A stretch of 63,870 nucleotides of DNA, the filler included, from Welwitschia mirabilis (taxonomy: Eukaryota), in assembly GCA_051453625.1 (NCBI GenBank). It is 6 parts of one record of this genome, joined end to end, with 100 filler letters (N's around TTAATTAATTAA, not from the genome) between each part and the next. Parts side by side here need not be neighbours in the genome. Positions count along the whole stretch, not along the records: positions 1 to 7,137 come from JBOZIK010000001.1; positions 7,238 to 34,330 come from JBOZIK010000001.1; 4 more parts are not named here. One strand, 5' to 3'. Position 1 is the stretch's first letter, and each line of letters begins with the position of its first letter. The translations under genes and the position numbers were made by a program. The notes beneath the pieces were generated by a model. The model did not search any database. It worked only from the letters and a program-made list of their open reading frames with translations, and was not told the DNA's origin. Shown piece after piece: positions 1 to 12,049 of this stretch.

Positions 1-269
1 TAGATCACGTAGTGAGGGACATTCAGAAGAATTACAGAGATGATTTTCAACAATGTGGGAACAGTAACCATTCCAAGAGATTTTGAATGGCTTGTATAGA
101 CTTGTTAAGAAAAATAGATGTTGGATCCTTTAGATTGGATCCCTAACCGTTAGACTGCTGTTATGGACGTTTGAACCACATCCCAAAGGAGTTCTAATTG
201 CTGCCCAAGACGTTTCCTCTTGAAAACCGCGTCATTCTGATGACTACAACATTCATATAGTTTTCACGT

Positions 270-1140
270 CGGACATCCCATCTTTTTGGACCGGACGTTC
301 GGTTATAAAGTTTAATTTCTGGGTTCAACTGGGTTATATCTGGACGTCCCAGTTTCAAGTTCGGACGTCTCCATATATTTCATCTGCGTTCAAGTCCGGA
401 CATCCCATTTTGCAGGTTGGACATCCCAGTATATTCTGGCCGCATTCTAGTTCGGACGTCCCAGGTAACAGGTCGGACGTCCNNNNNNNNNNNNNNNNNN
501 NNNNNNNNNNNNNNNNNNNNNNNNNNNNNNNNNNNNNNNNNNNNNNNNNNNNNNNNNNNNNNNNNNNNNNNNNNNNNNNNNNTTCATCTGCGTTCAAGTC
601 CGGACGTCCCGTCTTGCAGGTCGGACGTCCCAGCATATTCTGGCCGCATTCTAGTTCGAACGTCCCAGGTAACAGGTCGGACGTCCCCATACATTATAAT
701 TGTGTTCAGGTTCGGACGTCCCGAGTAGTAGGCCGGACGTCCCCATATGTTTCGACCGTATTCAACTCCAAACGTCCCGGATAACAGGTCAGACGTCCCC
801 ATATGTTCAGTCGTGTACAGGGGCGAACGTCCCAGATTAAATATCAGACGTCCCGGGTGGCACAACTTCTAATTTGCACANNNNNNNNNNNNNNNNNNNN
901 NNNNNNNNNNNNNNNNNNNNNNNNNNNNNNNNNNNNNNNNNNNNNNNNNNNNNNNNNNNNNNNNNNNNNNNNNNNNNNNNATTGTGTTCAAGTTCGGACG
1001 TCCCGGGTAGCAGGCCAAACGTCCCCATATGTTTCGACTGTATTCAACTCCAAACATCCCAGATAACAGGTCAGACGTCCCCATATATTCGGCCGTGTAC
1101 AGGGGTGAATGTCCCAGATTAAAGATCAGAAGTCCCGAGT
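270..1140. repeat. Array of palindromic GGACGTCC-core repeats, probably transposon subterminal repeats
   Basis: Many copies of (c)ggacgtcc or cagacgtcc at ~20-22 bp spacing. Partly inflated by duplicated sequence either side of two 100-N gaps. A TAGTG (reverse CACTA) lies at 1285-1289. Confidence 0.75.
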
Positions 1141-1439
1141 GGCACAGCTTCTGATTTGCACATGGAAAAGTACGTTGTTACTTCGTTCTTTGATCATCAT
1201 TGAAATCAAATGTCTCTACAACATCTATATTTTTTTCATTTTCTCACGTGTCTATCTTATTGTAGCAAATCCTTGTCTCTTCCCTAGTGTTTCCTTTTAA
1301 GAAAATGCATTTTGAAGCCTCCATTCACTATTTTGAAAGGCATGGCATGTTTTCAAACATTTATTCAACATTATTGACACTTAGGATGGCATGTTTCCAA
1401 ACATTTATTCAACATTATATGATTGGCAGAAAATTCAAA

Positions 1440-1700
1440 GGTCAAGGAAACAAGTAAGGTGGCTCTAAACAAAATGATGAAGAGGATTGTTTTCTAGCTT
1501 TTGAGAGATTTGTTGGTTGCATAACACAAAATCCAAGCAATGAATTTCAATCATATAAGTTTGTAGGGTATTTTTCAGAAGGACTTAACCCTCGACACCA
1601 AGCAAATGGTTAATTTTACAAGTGGAAACATTTTGGATAAAGATCCTACAATTGCTTGAGATAAATTAGAATAGATCAGAGAAATGAGTAAGACTTGGCT
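1440..1700 (+). mobile_element. Athila-like Ty3/gypsy gag remnant
   Basis: Translates with breaks to KQNDEEDCFLAFERFVGCI...YFSEGLNP...MVNFTSGNILDKDPTIA*DKLE, matching the retrotransposon-gag pattern ERF...F.GL...MVD..SG. Confidence 0.6.
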
Positions 1701-4106
1701 AATGATGAGATTGTTGTGCAACTAGTTTAAGCATGTATTTCACACCATCCAACAATCCTGAGTATCATATCCAATGGAGAGAAGAGGTTAGAAAATAAAA
1801 GAACACTTGAGAGAGAGATATTGCAAACTATTTCGAAAGAAGTTAAAAGAGTATAAAAATAAGGGAAACAACAATGCAAATCACTATCAAAATCTAGCTG
1901 GCTGTCACCAACCTAGTCTCAAACCATGTACCACATTACATTAGTTATAAACCACTATGCTTCAATGCAAAGCATAATACTATATCTGAATCAAAAATGA
2001 AAGATTTTATTAAGTCAAAATATATGACTCACATTAAGCACTGGGACATAAGGGTCTCGACCCAACTAACAAACAAGGCAAGGAAGTTGGTTTCAAGTCT
2101 CTCCCAATGGCTTTCTCACTCTTGTTACTTTTGTCACATCCACTAGGCAATGAATAAGCTCAACTTGGCAAGGACAAGCCCCTTACTTAAACATCTTAAG
2201 AATAAGTTAGGAAATTAAGAGAGTTGGTTATGCAAAAACCATTACGCTCACTAGTTACGTCACTAGATGACTAGAAGTAGCTACACTTTTAGTCTGCACA
2301 GAAGAAGGCCTCATTCACAACTATCGTTGGGTCAACTATGTGTGGTGATAACTAATGAAGAAGTCACTAAATACTGTCACTAAGCAACATTGTGGCAATA
2401 GCTTTAGTGAAACATAGAAGAAGGAATTGTTGGGTCCTCGTCGAGCAATGCTATGTAGCAATGATTTCAATGAAACATAGAAGAAGGTGTCATTGGTTCA
2501 TCAATGAGTCATCCCTAGGTGATGATTTTGTTACAGAATAATTGCTACTTGTGTCATTGGGTGACTGCAGTAGTGACAATTTTTTCATTACCCGATTTCT
2601 TGTATTCTTGAATCCAATCACAATTTGACCTTATCTTGTCTTCCTTGAAAACCTATAACCTCAAATACCACTTGAAAATTACCCCATTAGTACCTTTCAT
2701 AGGCTTACTTTTTTATGTGTATCATAGGCCCCTACTAGGCCCTTCACAATCCCTAGCAAGATAGCCTGATTACAAATGAATGAGGACCAAGGAATAAGAG
2801 TGCAAAATAAAAATAAAGAGAGGAATATCATATTGCACTAACATATGTCATGCTTTTACAAAACTACAAAAACTTTTATTTAAAGCTAGTTCACCTTTCA
2901 CGTCAAAGTTCTTATGTCTAAGAAAGGTTATCTAAGATTAAAAAATGTTGTAGAAGAACAAAAACATGGTTGTTGGAAGGGATATGCTTTATCTATATGG
3001 AGGCATGATAATAGTAAATTCTCTCAACGATTCCTTATTATTTCAAACAACTTAAAGGGATGTTGAGAATTTACTGAAACTTAAGAAGTTGATCAGATCA
3101 AGAATTTTACAAAGAGTTGCACTTCTCCAAATGTAACAAGTTTTGACATGAGTGCAATGAATGGTGTTTAGGAAACATTCACTTAATGAAAAAATTTCCT
3201 AGCTAGGAAAATCAACCAAACTAGGAAAAGAGCTATTTAAGATGTAATAAGTGCACCTAATTTTTGATGTAAAAATAGGGGGAAGGGATAGAGAATGCTC
3301 TTCCAAGAACCAACAAAGGATAGTCAACTTTGAATGAAAGCATTCCACAATGTTAAGATAATTTCAAAGGTATATGACTAGCTCAAATCACACCACTTCT
3401 TAGTTCCTATGGTTTCATTTTGTCATTGAGTCAGATTAGGAAGAATGAAGGTTGACTATTTATCTTGAAGTAACAATTTTGAGGCTATAGTGAATTACAT
3501 AGGCGTGCTTCCCAGCTAGGACAAGGTCAAAAAACTGCTATGCCCCTTGCCAATGTCACACCTCAACAACCTAAGCTCAAATCCGTCTAAAGCAAAGTCA
3601 AACCATATCATGTACTCCATAGAGAATGTGAGTTAGGAACCCATCTATTAAGCATTCGCTCACACCTGCATGGCATTCCTTGGACATAGGTGCAATCCGA
3701 GACACACATCATCGGGTGCTTCAAAGGTTGTCACTTTAAGCAGGCTTAGCATATCTTTAAAACGGTATCTCCTAGATGATATTACTTATTTTTACCCCCA
3801 ATAAATTTTAATAATCAGTTGAACACTGCTTTTTGGATGAATCTAACTCAATAAGAACACCACATAAGACCAAATCAAATCTATGACATCAAGTGGATTG
3901 GATCTGAGCAGCATACACCTATGAAAATCATCCATAACAAGTGGATTGTAAAGATAAAAATTCATTAACCTTAGAAAAATTTGGAGAGACACTCCTCTTT
4001 CACCTACTCAATATTTCTATTTTTTATATTTAGGTGATCACCAAGTATTCCCCTTCCTGCCATGGATCAATTAAGTATATTTTTTCTACTTGGTTAGAAT
4101 CTTGCC

Positions 4107-5748
4107 TTAAGGGTCACTTTTGAAATAAGGGTGACAATCAAAAGGTTCACATTCTCTAATAGGTTGAAGTGGCATATCTTCCTTAAGAGTCAAGCCTCCA
4201 AAATTTCGACAAGCCTCACATTTGTTGATGAATTCAAAAGAATTGGAAAACAAGAAAGGCCAATAGAATCCTGCATGAATGATTTTCATAACTATATTCT
4301 TTTCACCAAAGTGTCCTCCACAAACTCCCCCATGACAAAGCTGTAAATTGTGTTGTTCTTCCCACTCTGGAATGCACAACCTCATAAATTGATCCTTACA
4401 TATGTGATAAAGAAAATGAAAGACCCACTCATACACACCTATCCTATCAAGAAAAACTTTTCCTTGAGAAGGAGTCCAAGTCAAAGGTGTTTTATAGGTA
4501 AGAAGGTAATTCATAATGTCTACATACCATGGGGCAGGATGTTCTACATATTGATCTTTTAATCTTTGCACAAGGAATAATTATTCATCTATTGTAATTA
4601 ATGGTTCAAAGAAGGAAGAAAAGGTTAATGGGAAAGATGATTAGCCGCAACACTTTCCTTACAACTTTATCTATGATTGTAAGATCGAATTCTTAAGTAA
4701 CAAGATCCATCGAATAAGACAAGCCCCCATTGTTGATTTGTTCATAAGATAAGAAATGGTAAAGTGATAGGGGCAACAAAATCACCTAGATTAAATCCTT
4801 TGATTGTTCAAAGCACAAGGTCCTTAATAATTGTTATTGGTTTAATAGTTATCAACTAACTCAAGAATGACATCAATGGGTTGAATTCTTCCTTCTAATT
4901 GTAATCACTTGGCAATATTTAGGGGCATGTCATTAATGATTGCTCCTAAATCAACTAAACATTTTCTCAGCCTTTTACTTCCCTCTAAAATGACACAATG
5001 GCATCTCCTAGATCCTTAAGTGCTTTGTTGTCTAAGAAGGATGTGGTTCTTTGGGCCATGAACACTTTCCTAGACATGGATCTATTCTTCTTGCTAGTCA
5101 GTAAGTCTCTCTCAACATTAGCACATTATTTACTATCTTGAAGGATCTTCCAAAGTGATCGGTTAATGTTGATTTCCTTCATTAATATTCTCAAATGTTC
5201 ATCATACATTGAAGTTGGTTTCAAATGTTTCATCCATGATGTTAGTTCCTCGTCAACTTTACTTTTTCCATTATTGTAAGATGTAGAATGGGTAGGTGGA
5301 TCTAGTTGAAGTGCAGGAGCTACTTTCCGAATGTCGTATTCAATCTTTTCTTCATCTATGTTTATAGGATTTTCAAGAATAGTGGTTGTCCCTCTCCAAG
5401 TGACAACTTATAATCTTTCACACTATCTTTGTTTGTATAACATTGAGATTGGATGGTTCCTTGTTTTCTTTGGTCACAAAGGATAGTTTATTTTATAATG
5501 CCTAACATCTTCTCCATATTCTTGTTGGATTCTTGGGTTTGCTTCACAAGACTATCTAAACTTGACTTTAATGTGTCTTGTTCCTGAGGATTGTTCTTGG
5601 GATTGCCTCTAGAATAATAAGGACTTCGATTATTATAAGGCAACCTAGAGACATTATTGCCAAAGTTTTGAAAGTAAGAGTTGAAAGCTCTTACGAAGTT
5701 CCTTATAGGTGATGAGTTAGTTTGAACATTAAGGGCACACACTTCCTC
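4107..5748 (-). mobile_element. Internally deleted Athila-like Ty3/gypsy element (gag C-terminus, protease, RNase H end, integrase zinc-binding N-terminus)
   Basis: LVDLGA protease near 4950. LIRWILLL RNase H end near 4700. ORF 4107-4571 has PWYVDIMNYL and CHGGVCGGHFG...CEAC (HHCC domain). Confidence 0.85.
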
Positions 5749-7137
5749 TGTTACAAATCTAACAAAAAGAAAGTACTTGAACAAAATGGAACACTAGGCA
5801 CACAAAAGGAACAACACAGAATTTACGTGGTTCGGGCTCTTGATATCCCACATCCACGAGAAGCAATGCAGAGCTCTATTGATTGATTAAGAGCAAATGT
5901 GTCCAGATGCAACAAACAACACTGTAACAGGTTGATATNNNNNNNNNNNNNNNNNNNNNNNNNNNNNNNNNNNNNNNNNNNNNNNNNNNNNNNNNNNNNN
6001 NNNNNNNNNNNNNNNNNNNNNNNNNNNNNNNNNNNNNNNNNNNNNNNNNNNNNNNNNNNNNNNNNNNNNNNNNNNNNNNNNNNNNNNNNNNNNNNNNNNN
6101 NNNNNNNNNNNNNNNNNNNNNNNNNNNNNNNNNNNNNNNNNNNNNNNNNNNNNNNNNNNNNNNNNNNNNNNNNNNNNNNNNNNNNNNNNNNNNNNNNNNN
6201 NNNNNNNNNNNNNNNNNNNNNNNNNNNNNNNNNNNNNNNNNNNNNNNNNNNNNNNNNNNNNNNNNNNNNNNNNNNNNNNNNNNNNNNNNNNNNNNNNNNN
6301 NNNNNNNNNNNNNNNNNNNNNNNNNNNNNNNNNNNNNNNNNNNNNNNNNNNNNNNNNNNNNNNNNNNNNNNNNNNNNNNNNNNNNNNNNNNNNNNNNNNN
6401 NNNNNNNNNNNNNNNNNNNNNNNNNNNNNNNNNNNNNNNNNNNNNNNNNNNNNNNNNNNNNNNNNNNNNNNNNNNNNNNNNNNNNNNNNNNNNNNNNNNN
6501 NNNNNNNNNNNNNNNNNNNNNNNNNNNNNNNNNNNNNNNNNNNNNNNNNNNNNNNNNNNNNNNNNNNNNNNNNNNNNNNNNNNNNNNNNNNNNNNNNNNN
6601 NNNNNNNNNNNNNNNNNNNNNNNNNNNNNNNNNNNNNNNNNNNNNNNNNNNNNNNNNNNNNNNNNNNNNNNNNNNNNNNNNNNNNNNNNNNNNNNNNNNN
6701 NNNNNNNNNNNNNNNNNNNNNNNNNNNNNNNNNNNNNNNNNNNNNNNNNNNNNNNNNNNNNNNNNNNNNNNNNNNNNNNNNNNNNNNNNNNNNNNNNNNN
6801 NNNNNNNNNNNNNNNNNNNNNNNNNNNNNNNNNNNNNNNNNNNNNNNNNNNNNNNNNNNNNNNNNNNNNNNNNNNNNNNNNNNNNNNNNNAACAAGAAAG
6901 TACTTGAACAAAATGGAACACCAGGCACACAAAAGGAACAACACAGACTTTACGTGGTTCGGGCTCTTGTTACCCCACATCCACGAGAAGCAATGCAAAG
7001 CTCTATTGATTGATTAGGAGCAAATGTGTCCAAATACAACAAACAACCATTTAACAAGTTTATATAGCCCTAGGGTTAGGGTTCCAAGTCAATCCCCTTG
7101 TACAACTTTAAATAGGGATCAATGTTAAAACAGAACA
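5749..7137 (-). mobile_element. Two similar copia-type LTR segments (5749-5938 and 6891-7137) separated by an N gap
   Basis: Starts TGTTA and interrupts the gypsy gag. Both segments share aagaaagtacttgaacaaaatggaacac...tttacgtggttcgggctcttg, typical of a reversed plant copia LTR. Confidence 0.65.
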
Positions 7138-7181
7138 NNNNNNNNNNNNNNNNNNNNNNNNNNNNNNNNNNNNNNNNNNNN

Positions 7182-7193
7182 TTAATTAATTAA
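7182..7193. other. Scaffolding spacer TTAATTAATTAA (six-frame stop linker); also at 34375-34386, 42253-42264, 46350-46361 and 49986-49997
   Basis: Identical 12-mer embedded in N runs five times. Artificial contig-join marker. Confidence 0.95.
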
Positions 7194-7237
7194 NNNNNNN
7201 NNNNNNNNNNNNNNNNNNNNNNNNNNNNNNNNNNNNN

Positions 7238-8330
7238 CATGATCTGGCCTTAGTGCAGACCATGGCATATCTGAGACTACCAACTACAAAAGTGTAAGGA
7301 ATATCAACTATACCTTTCTTCCTCCAACTAGAAATAGGGCAGTCTTCTTTTGACAGTTTAAAGTGTACTGCTAATGGAGTAGAAATAGGAGAACAATCAG
7401 CCATGTTGAACCTTTTTAAAAGCTTATGAATATAATCAAATTGACTCAGCCACAATTTTCCACTTTTCTTGTCTCACTCAATCCTCATCCCAAGGATTTG
7501 TTTTTGCCTACCTAAGGTCTTTTGTCGCAAACTTCTTTGCCATTTGTGATTTCAGTCTCTGTATTTCATGTAAATCATTCCCAGCAAACAACATATCACA
7601 TACATGTAATAACAGAATCATAATCTTACTAGTGGTTCTCATCAAATAAACACAATGATCTACTTTGCATCTTTCATATTCCTATTCCATCATGAAAGTG
7701 TCAAATTTCTTGTACCATTGCCTAGGTGCCTGTTTTCGGCCATATAAACTTCTCTTCAACCTGCATATTAAATTCTTACCATTCCCAAAACCTTCTGGCT
7801 GTTCCATAGAGAAGGTGGAGTAGAACTTGTCGAACTTGTCGAACTTGTCATGCAAAGTTTTTTTCTCTTCAACTTTGCATCTTTCAGAATGGCAGTAATG
7901 CATATCTCCTCCGTAAATGTGATCCCAAGATCATCCATTTGTGAAAATATGTTTTACATCTCATCTAAATGACTCAAAAATTTTGTTCCTTTCTTCATCT
8001 TTGTAGTAAAAACTTGGCTAAGGACCACATACCTATTTATCATAGATGGCTGATAGTACTGGTCTTTCAACTTTTGCCAGAGTTCCTGTGCCATCAGAAC
8101 TCTTGAATGAGACTTCAAAATGCTATTGCTAAGACAGGAGTGAATGAAAGACAAGGCATTGGAATTTATCTCGTCCCATTTGGCATCTGGCATGAAGGCC
8201 AACCAAGCAGTGTCATCCATCTTCAAATCTACCTTTGCTTGTGCTTTCGTCTTTAGAGCAAGTTTAAATGCTTAGGGCAAGAACAAGATCCTTATTCCAA
8301 GATTGAAATAGGTAAATGTTCTCAAGTCCC
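7238..8330 (-). mobile_element. Ty1/copia remnant with gag joined directly to RT
   Basis: RT motifs MEQPEGF, LKRSLYG.KQAPRQWYKKFD and WLSQ.DYI.KLLKRFNM, YAMVCT. Gag motif ALSFIHSCLS...QELWQKLKDQY at 7954-8226. Confidence 0.9.
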
Positions 8331-8583
8331 TCAAGAAAAGCAGACATGTCAACTTTGTGACTAGAAATTAATGAAGATTTAGATACAGAATCAATGATTG
8401 ATTATGATGACCAAAGATTTTACAAACATCAGAAGAAGAGTTCGCCACCAAAAGGCGATTACTGCACTACAATGAACTAATCAGCAAAAGGTAGGAAAAC
8501 AAGAGCTGTCTAATATCTTAGAGCATTCTATTGATTCCAAGAAAAAACAGAAAGATACTATTAGATAGTTAAGTTATATTATT

Positions 8584-9740
8584 TTGTATACAGATCATTT
8601 ATCACCAAAAATAGAGAAGATCTTAGAAGAATTCAATGGAGTAGAAGAAAACTTAGCTGCATTACAAAAGTATCAAGAAAAACAAAAACCAGAACAGAAG
8701 GAAGACAATCATCACGTAATAGAAGAAGCTAAGTCAGCACATAGAGCTGCATCAGAAACCTTAAAAGTTTCTCAAGATCCAAATTTATTACCTATGATTA
8801 GAGCCAACAAGAAAGTACATGTGCCACCACCTATGGTCCCGAAATTCAGAAAAGCAAAAGAAAAAGAATGTAAGCAAATGATGGCTAGAAGTCTTGAACC
8901 ATATAAATTAAGGGAAGCAAACAGGCAACCATTTACAAATCAGTCTGTTCCAGATATTCCTGAAATAAATATAGACAATGTAGCATATTAAGATATTGCT
9001 GCAATTATTCATACATGGAGCACTCATTCAAACGCCACAGCAGGATGGCAGATAGTACCAGAACAAGTAGTTGTTGCAATTGCTGTAGGACAAATTGCAG
9101 GGATGATTAGAAACTGGCAGCAAAATGCTAATGAAGCTAGTAAAATTCAAATTTTACAATCAGATATGAATACTTTAGTTCAGTGTCTATTAACAGAATT
9201 TGCACGAACTATGGATGATGTGAATCCTGAGTTTGATATTACATTACTTAGCAGAAGAAAATTAAAAGATTTAGCCAGATTTGAAGAATATGCAAAAGAT
9301 TATGCATCAGAAGCATATAGACTTGGTTTATATAGGAACACAAATGTTTTCAGCAATTGTCTTGCATCATTACCTCAAGGAATTGAAGCACAAGTGCTAT
9401 CGAATATTCAGAGGGATGGAAAGCAATTTCAGCAGTTATATTTTAATGACTTGATACATTATGTCAGAAAGGATTTAAAACATCTTTGTACAGAAGATCA
9501 AGTAAAACGAAGGATGCCAAAACTTTCAAGTGAAATCTGTAATCAATTAGAAGGAACAAAAACAAATGGCTATGAAAGGCAAAAAGCAGGAAAAAAGATA
9601 TGGCATACTATCAAAGAAAAGACCCAAGTAATATAAGCCCTATACTTGTATTACGAGATGAAGACAAACTAAAAAGCCTACAAAAGGAACAGTTTGTTGT
9701 GCTTTCAGTAAAAAAGATCGACTACTCTAATAGATGTCCT
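8584..9740 (+). pseudogene. Caulimovirid coat (capsid) protein remnant
   Basis: ORFs 8584-8991 and 9103-9636 are in the same frame, separated by one stop. INIDNVAY*DIAAIIHTW motif. Basic tail and degenerate Zn knuckle CCAFSKKDR.YSNRCP at 9695-9740. Confidence 0.75.
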
Positions 9741-10199
9741 TCAAAAACACCAACTAAAGTCAGATATTTATTTGAAATTCCAGATTTTGAAGACAATTTT
9801 GAGCTGATTGATAATGAAGAATTTTTTGCAGAATGTATTCAACACAATGCTGAAATATTTTGTATTGACACAATTGAATTTGAAAATATCTCCAGTACAG
9901 AAGAAATTGCTGATATAGTAGGTACTTATTATATGATGCAAAAATCATGGTATGATTTAGTTGAAAAAAAATCTGAGGAATCAGAAAAACAGAGGTCTTT
10001 ATCTGATAATTCTGATAAATCAATACTGCAATTATCATCATCATATTTAGGAGGTTGTGATGGATTATAGCTACACTTTTCTTGTTCGCAAGCAAATGGT
10101 TTCCAAAAGAAGTTGCTACAGATGGACAGAGATCAGCTAAAACCAAGAGAGTTAAAACATTCAGAAAAACTTCAATCTATAATCCAATTCAGATTCAGA

Positions 10200-10420
10200 C
10201 ACCACAGAAAACTCTCAAAAAGTATAGTGCATTGATTGACACCAGAGAAACCTTAAAGTGTGCTACAATTGATATATGCAAAGATTATTGCATTAAGTTG
10301 CCTATTCCATATAAAGTAGATATAATGAATGGATATAGAATGATTACTCATGTTGCAGTAGAAGTACCAATAAAGATCAGTAATTATATGTTAAAAGTAG
10401 ATTCAAGATCTTAAATCGGT
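10200..10420 (+). pseudogene. Caulimovirid aspartic protease remnant
   Basis: YSALIDTRET is a decayed ALIDTGA catalytic motif lying between capsid and RT. Confidence 0.7.
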
Positions 10421-10749
10421 TTTGGCATGGCTTTACTTCAGAAGTTTTACACTTACAGAAAATTCTCACATTCTTACTATTCAAGCCGAAAGATGTATTA
10501 TTCCTTGAGTGCCAGAAGAGTTTGTTTATGAAATCAATGAACGCAGCAAGCATTTTCAGAAGCCTCAAAATATTGTTAATATTATGCTTCATGAAATCAA
10601 TTTAGAGTCGGCAAAAGATACACATATATATAAGACTACAATTTCAAATACAGATTATATTTGGCAGTTATTACATCAATGTTTTGTTGAGCATCCACTT
10701 GAAAAATGGGATACAGTCTCCAATGGCAGCTATTCCAACCATTCATAAT

Positions 10750-11600
10750 TATTCAGTGAGGTCAAAAATGATAAAATTGTCCATTGAAGATAAGCGAGAA
10801 ATGAGGTCGCAAGTTAATGAAGTAGAAGAAAAAGGTTTAATTCGAAAATCTACTTCACATTATGGATGTGCCGCATTTATTGTCAGAAATCATTTAGAAC
10901 CGAAAAGAGGAAAACCCAGAATGGTAATCAATTACATTTCTGTAAATCAAGTAACTATAGACATCAACTGGCCAATGCATGATAAAGAATTATTAACGAA
11001 TCAGGTAGCCAGCAAAAAAGAATGTCATCAAATAAAAATACATCCTGATGATATACATAAGAAGTTCGACTGCAAATCAGAATGTCATCAAATAAAAATA
11101 CATCCTGATGATACACATAAAACAGCATTCTTTGCAGCAAATGGGCTATATGAAGGGCTTGTTATGACTTTTGGATTAAAAAAATGCAGCAGCCCAGTTT
11201 CAAGCAAGGATGGTTATTATTTTTGTAGATTACAGAGCTTTTACTGCAAATTATATCGATTTGTTATCTTTTCTGATACGTATCATAAGCATATTGAACA
11301 TCTTAAATTTTTTGCAGAATTATGTTTGAAGCATGGTATTGGGTTATCTGCTGATCCAGAGAAATTCAAATTGTTACAAAATCACATTGATTTTTGAGGT
11401 GTAAACATTCTCCATGGAGAAATACAGATGCAACCACATATAGTTCAGAAGATTCAACAATTTCCAGATATTTTAATGGATGAAAAGATGTATCAGCGGT
11501 TTCTCAGATGCCTTAATTATGTCAGGGATTATGTCTCACAATTATCAGCAAAAACAAAGGAAATAAGAATATGTATGAAGTCTAATCCTTATCAGTGAAG
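10750..11600 (+). pseudogene. Caulimovirid reverse transcriptase (frameshifted)
   Basis: GLIRKSTS, RGKPRMVINY, KFDCKS..HQI, KTAF, GLYE.LVM.FGLK. Decayed YIDD near 11253 (tatatcgatttg). QRFLRCLNY thumb. Confidence 0.92.
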
Positions 11601-11659
11601 CAAAAAACAACAACTGCAGTACAATTCTTAAAACAACTAGTAGAGCATCTTCCACCTTT

Positions 11660-12049
11660 AAAGCCAATCTATAAAGGGATATCTGCCCTACCTACCAATG
11701 CAAGTGATTATTATTGATAAGTAGTTTTATTTATCAGACAAGACGGCAAAGAACATGTTGCCAGATACTTACCAGGAGAATTCAAAAGCAATGAAAAGAA
11801 TTGGGCATTTCATTAAAAGAAGTTCTTGCTTTAATAAATGCTCTTGATCGATTACATCACTTTTTGATTGATCAAATATTTATCATCTGTACAAATTCTC
11901 TTAATGTAGCTGCTTTATTAAAGAAACGGATAACAACAAATCCAAAGCTATGGAGATATCTATGGTGGCAACACATAGTCTCGCAATATAAATATAGCAT
12001 TGAATTGGTTACAGAAAACAACAATCTTCTCCCTAATCTTTTAACATGA
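11660..12049 (+). pseudogene. Caulimovirid RNase H remnant
   Basis: TNASDY (TDAS), KEVLALINAL, FIICTNSLNV, RYLWWQ...YSIE...NNLLPNLLT. Confidence 0.85.

Noticed and set aside
270-1140. CRISPR-like appearance of regularly spaced palindromes
   Set aside because: Eukaryotic context, an 8-bp core only, spacers that are short and themselves repeated, and no cas genes.
1900-4100. Probable LTR/3' non-coding region of the adjacent gypsy element
   Set aside because: Its boundaries and family could not be supported from the sequence alone.
5823-7017. Long ORFs in the ORF track made mostly of X (also at 34.5-35.6, 40.5-41.3, 43-44, 46.6-47.1, 48.6-49.6 and 61.9-62.8 kb)
   Set aside because: They are open only because they span N gaps.
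8340-12049. Interpretation as a Ty3/gypsy retrotransposon
   Set aside because: No integrase or LTRs, and the RT has the Caulimoviridae-type NH.E.KRGK.RMVINY signature.
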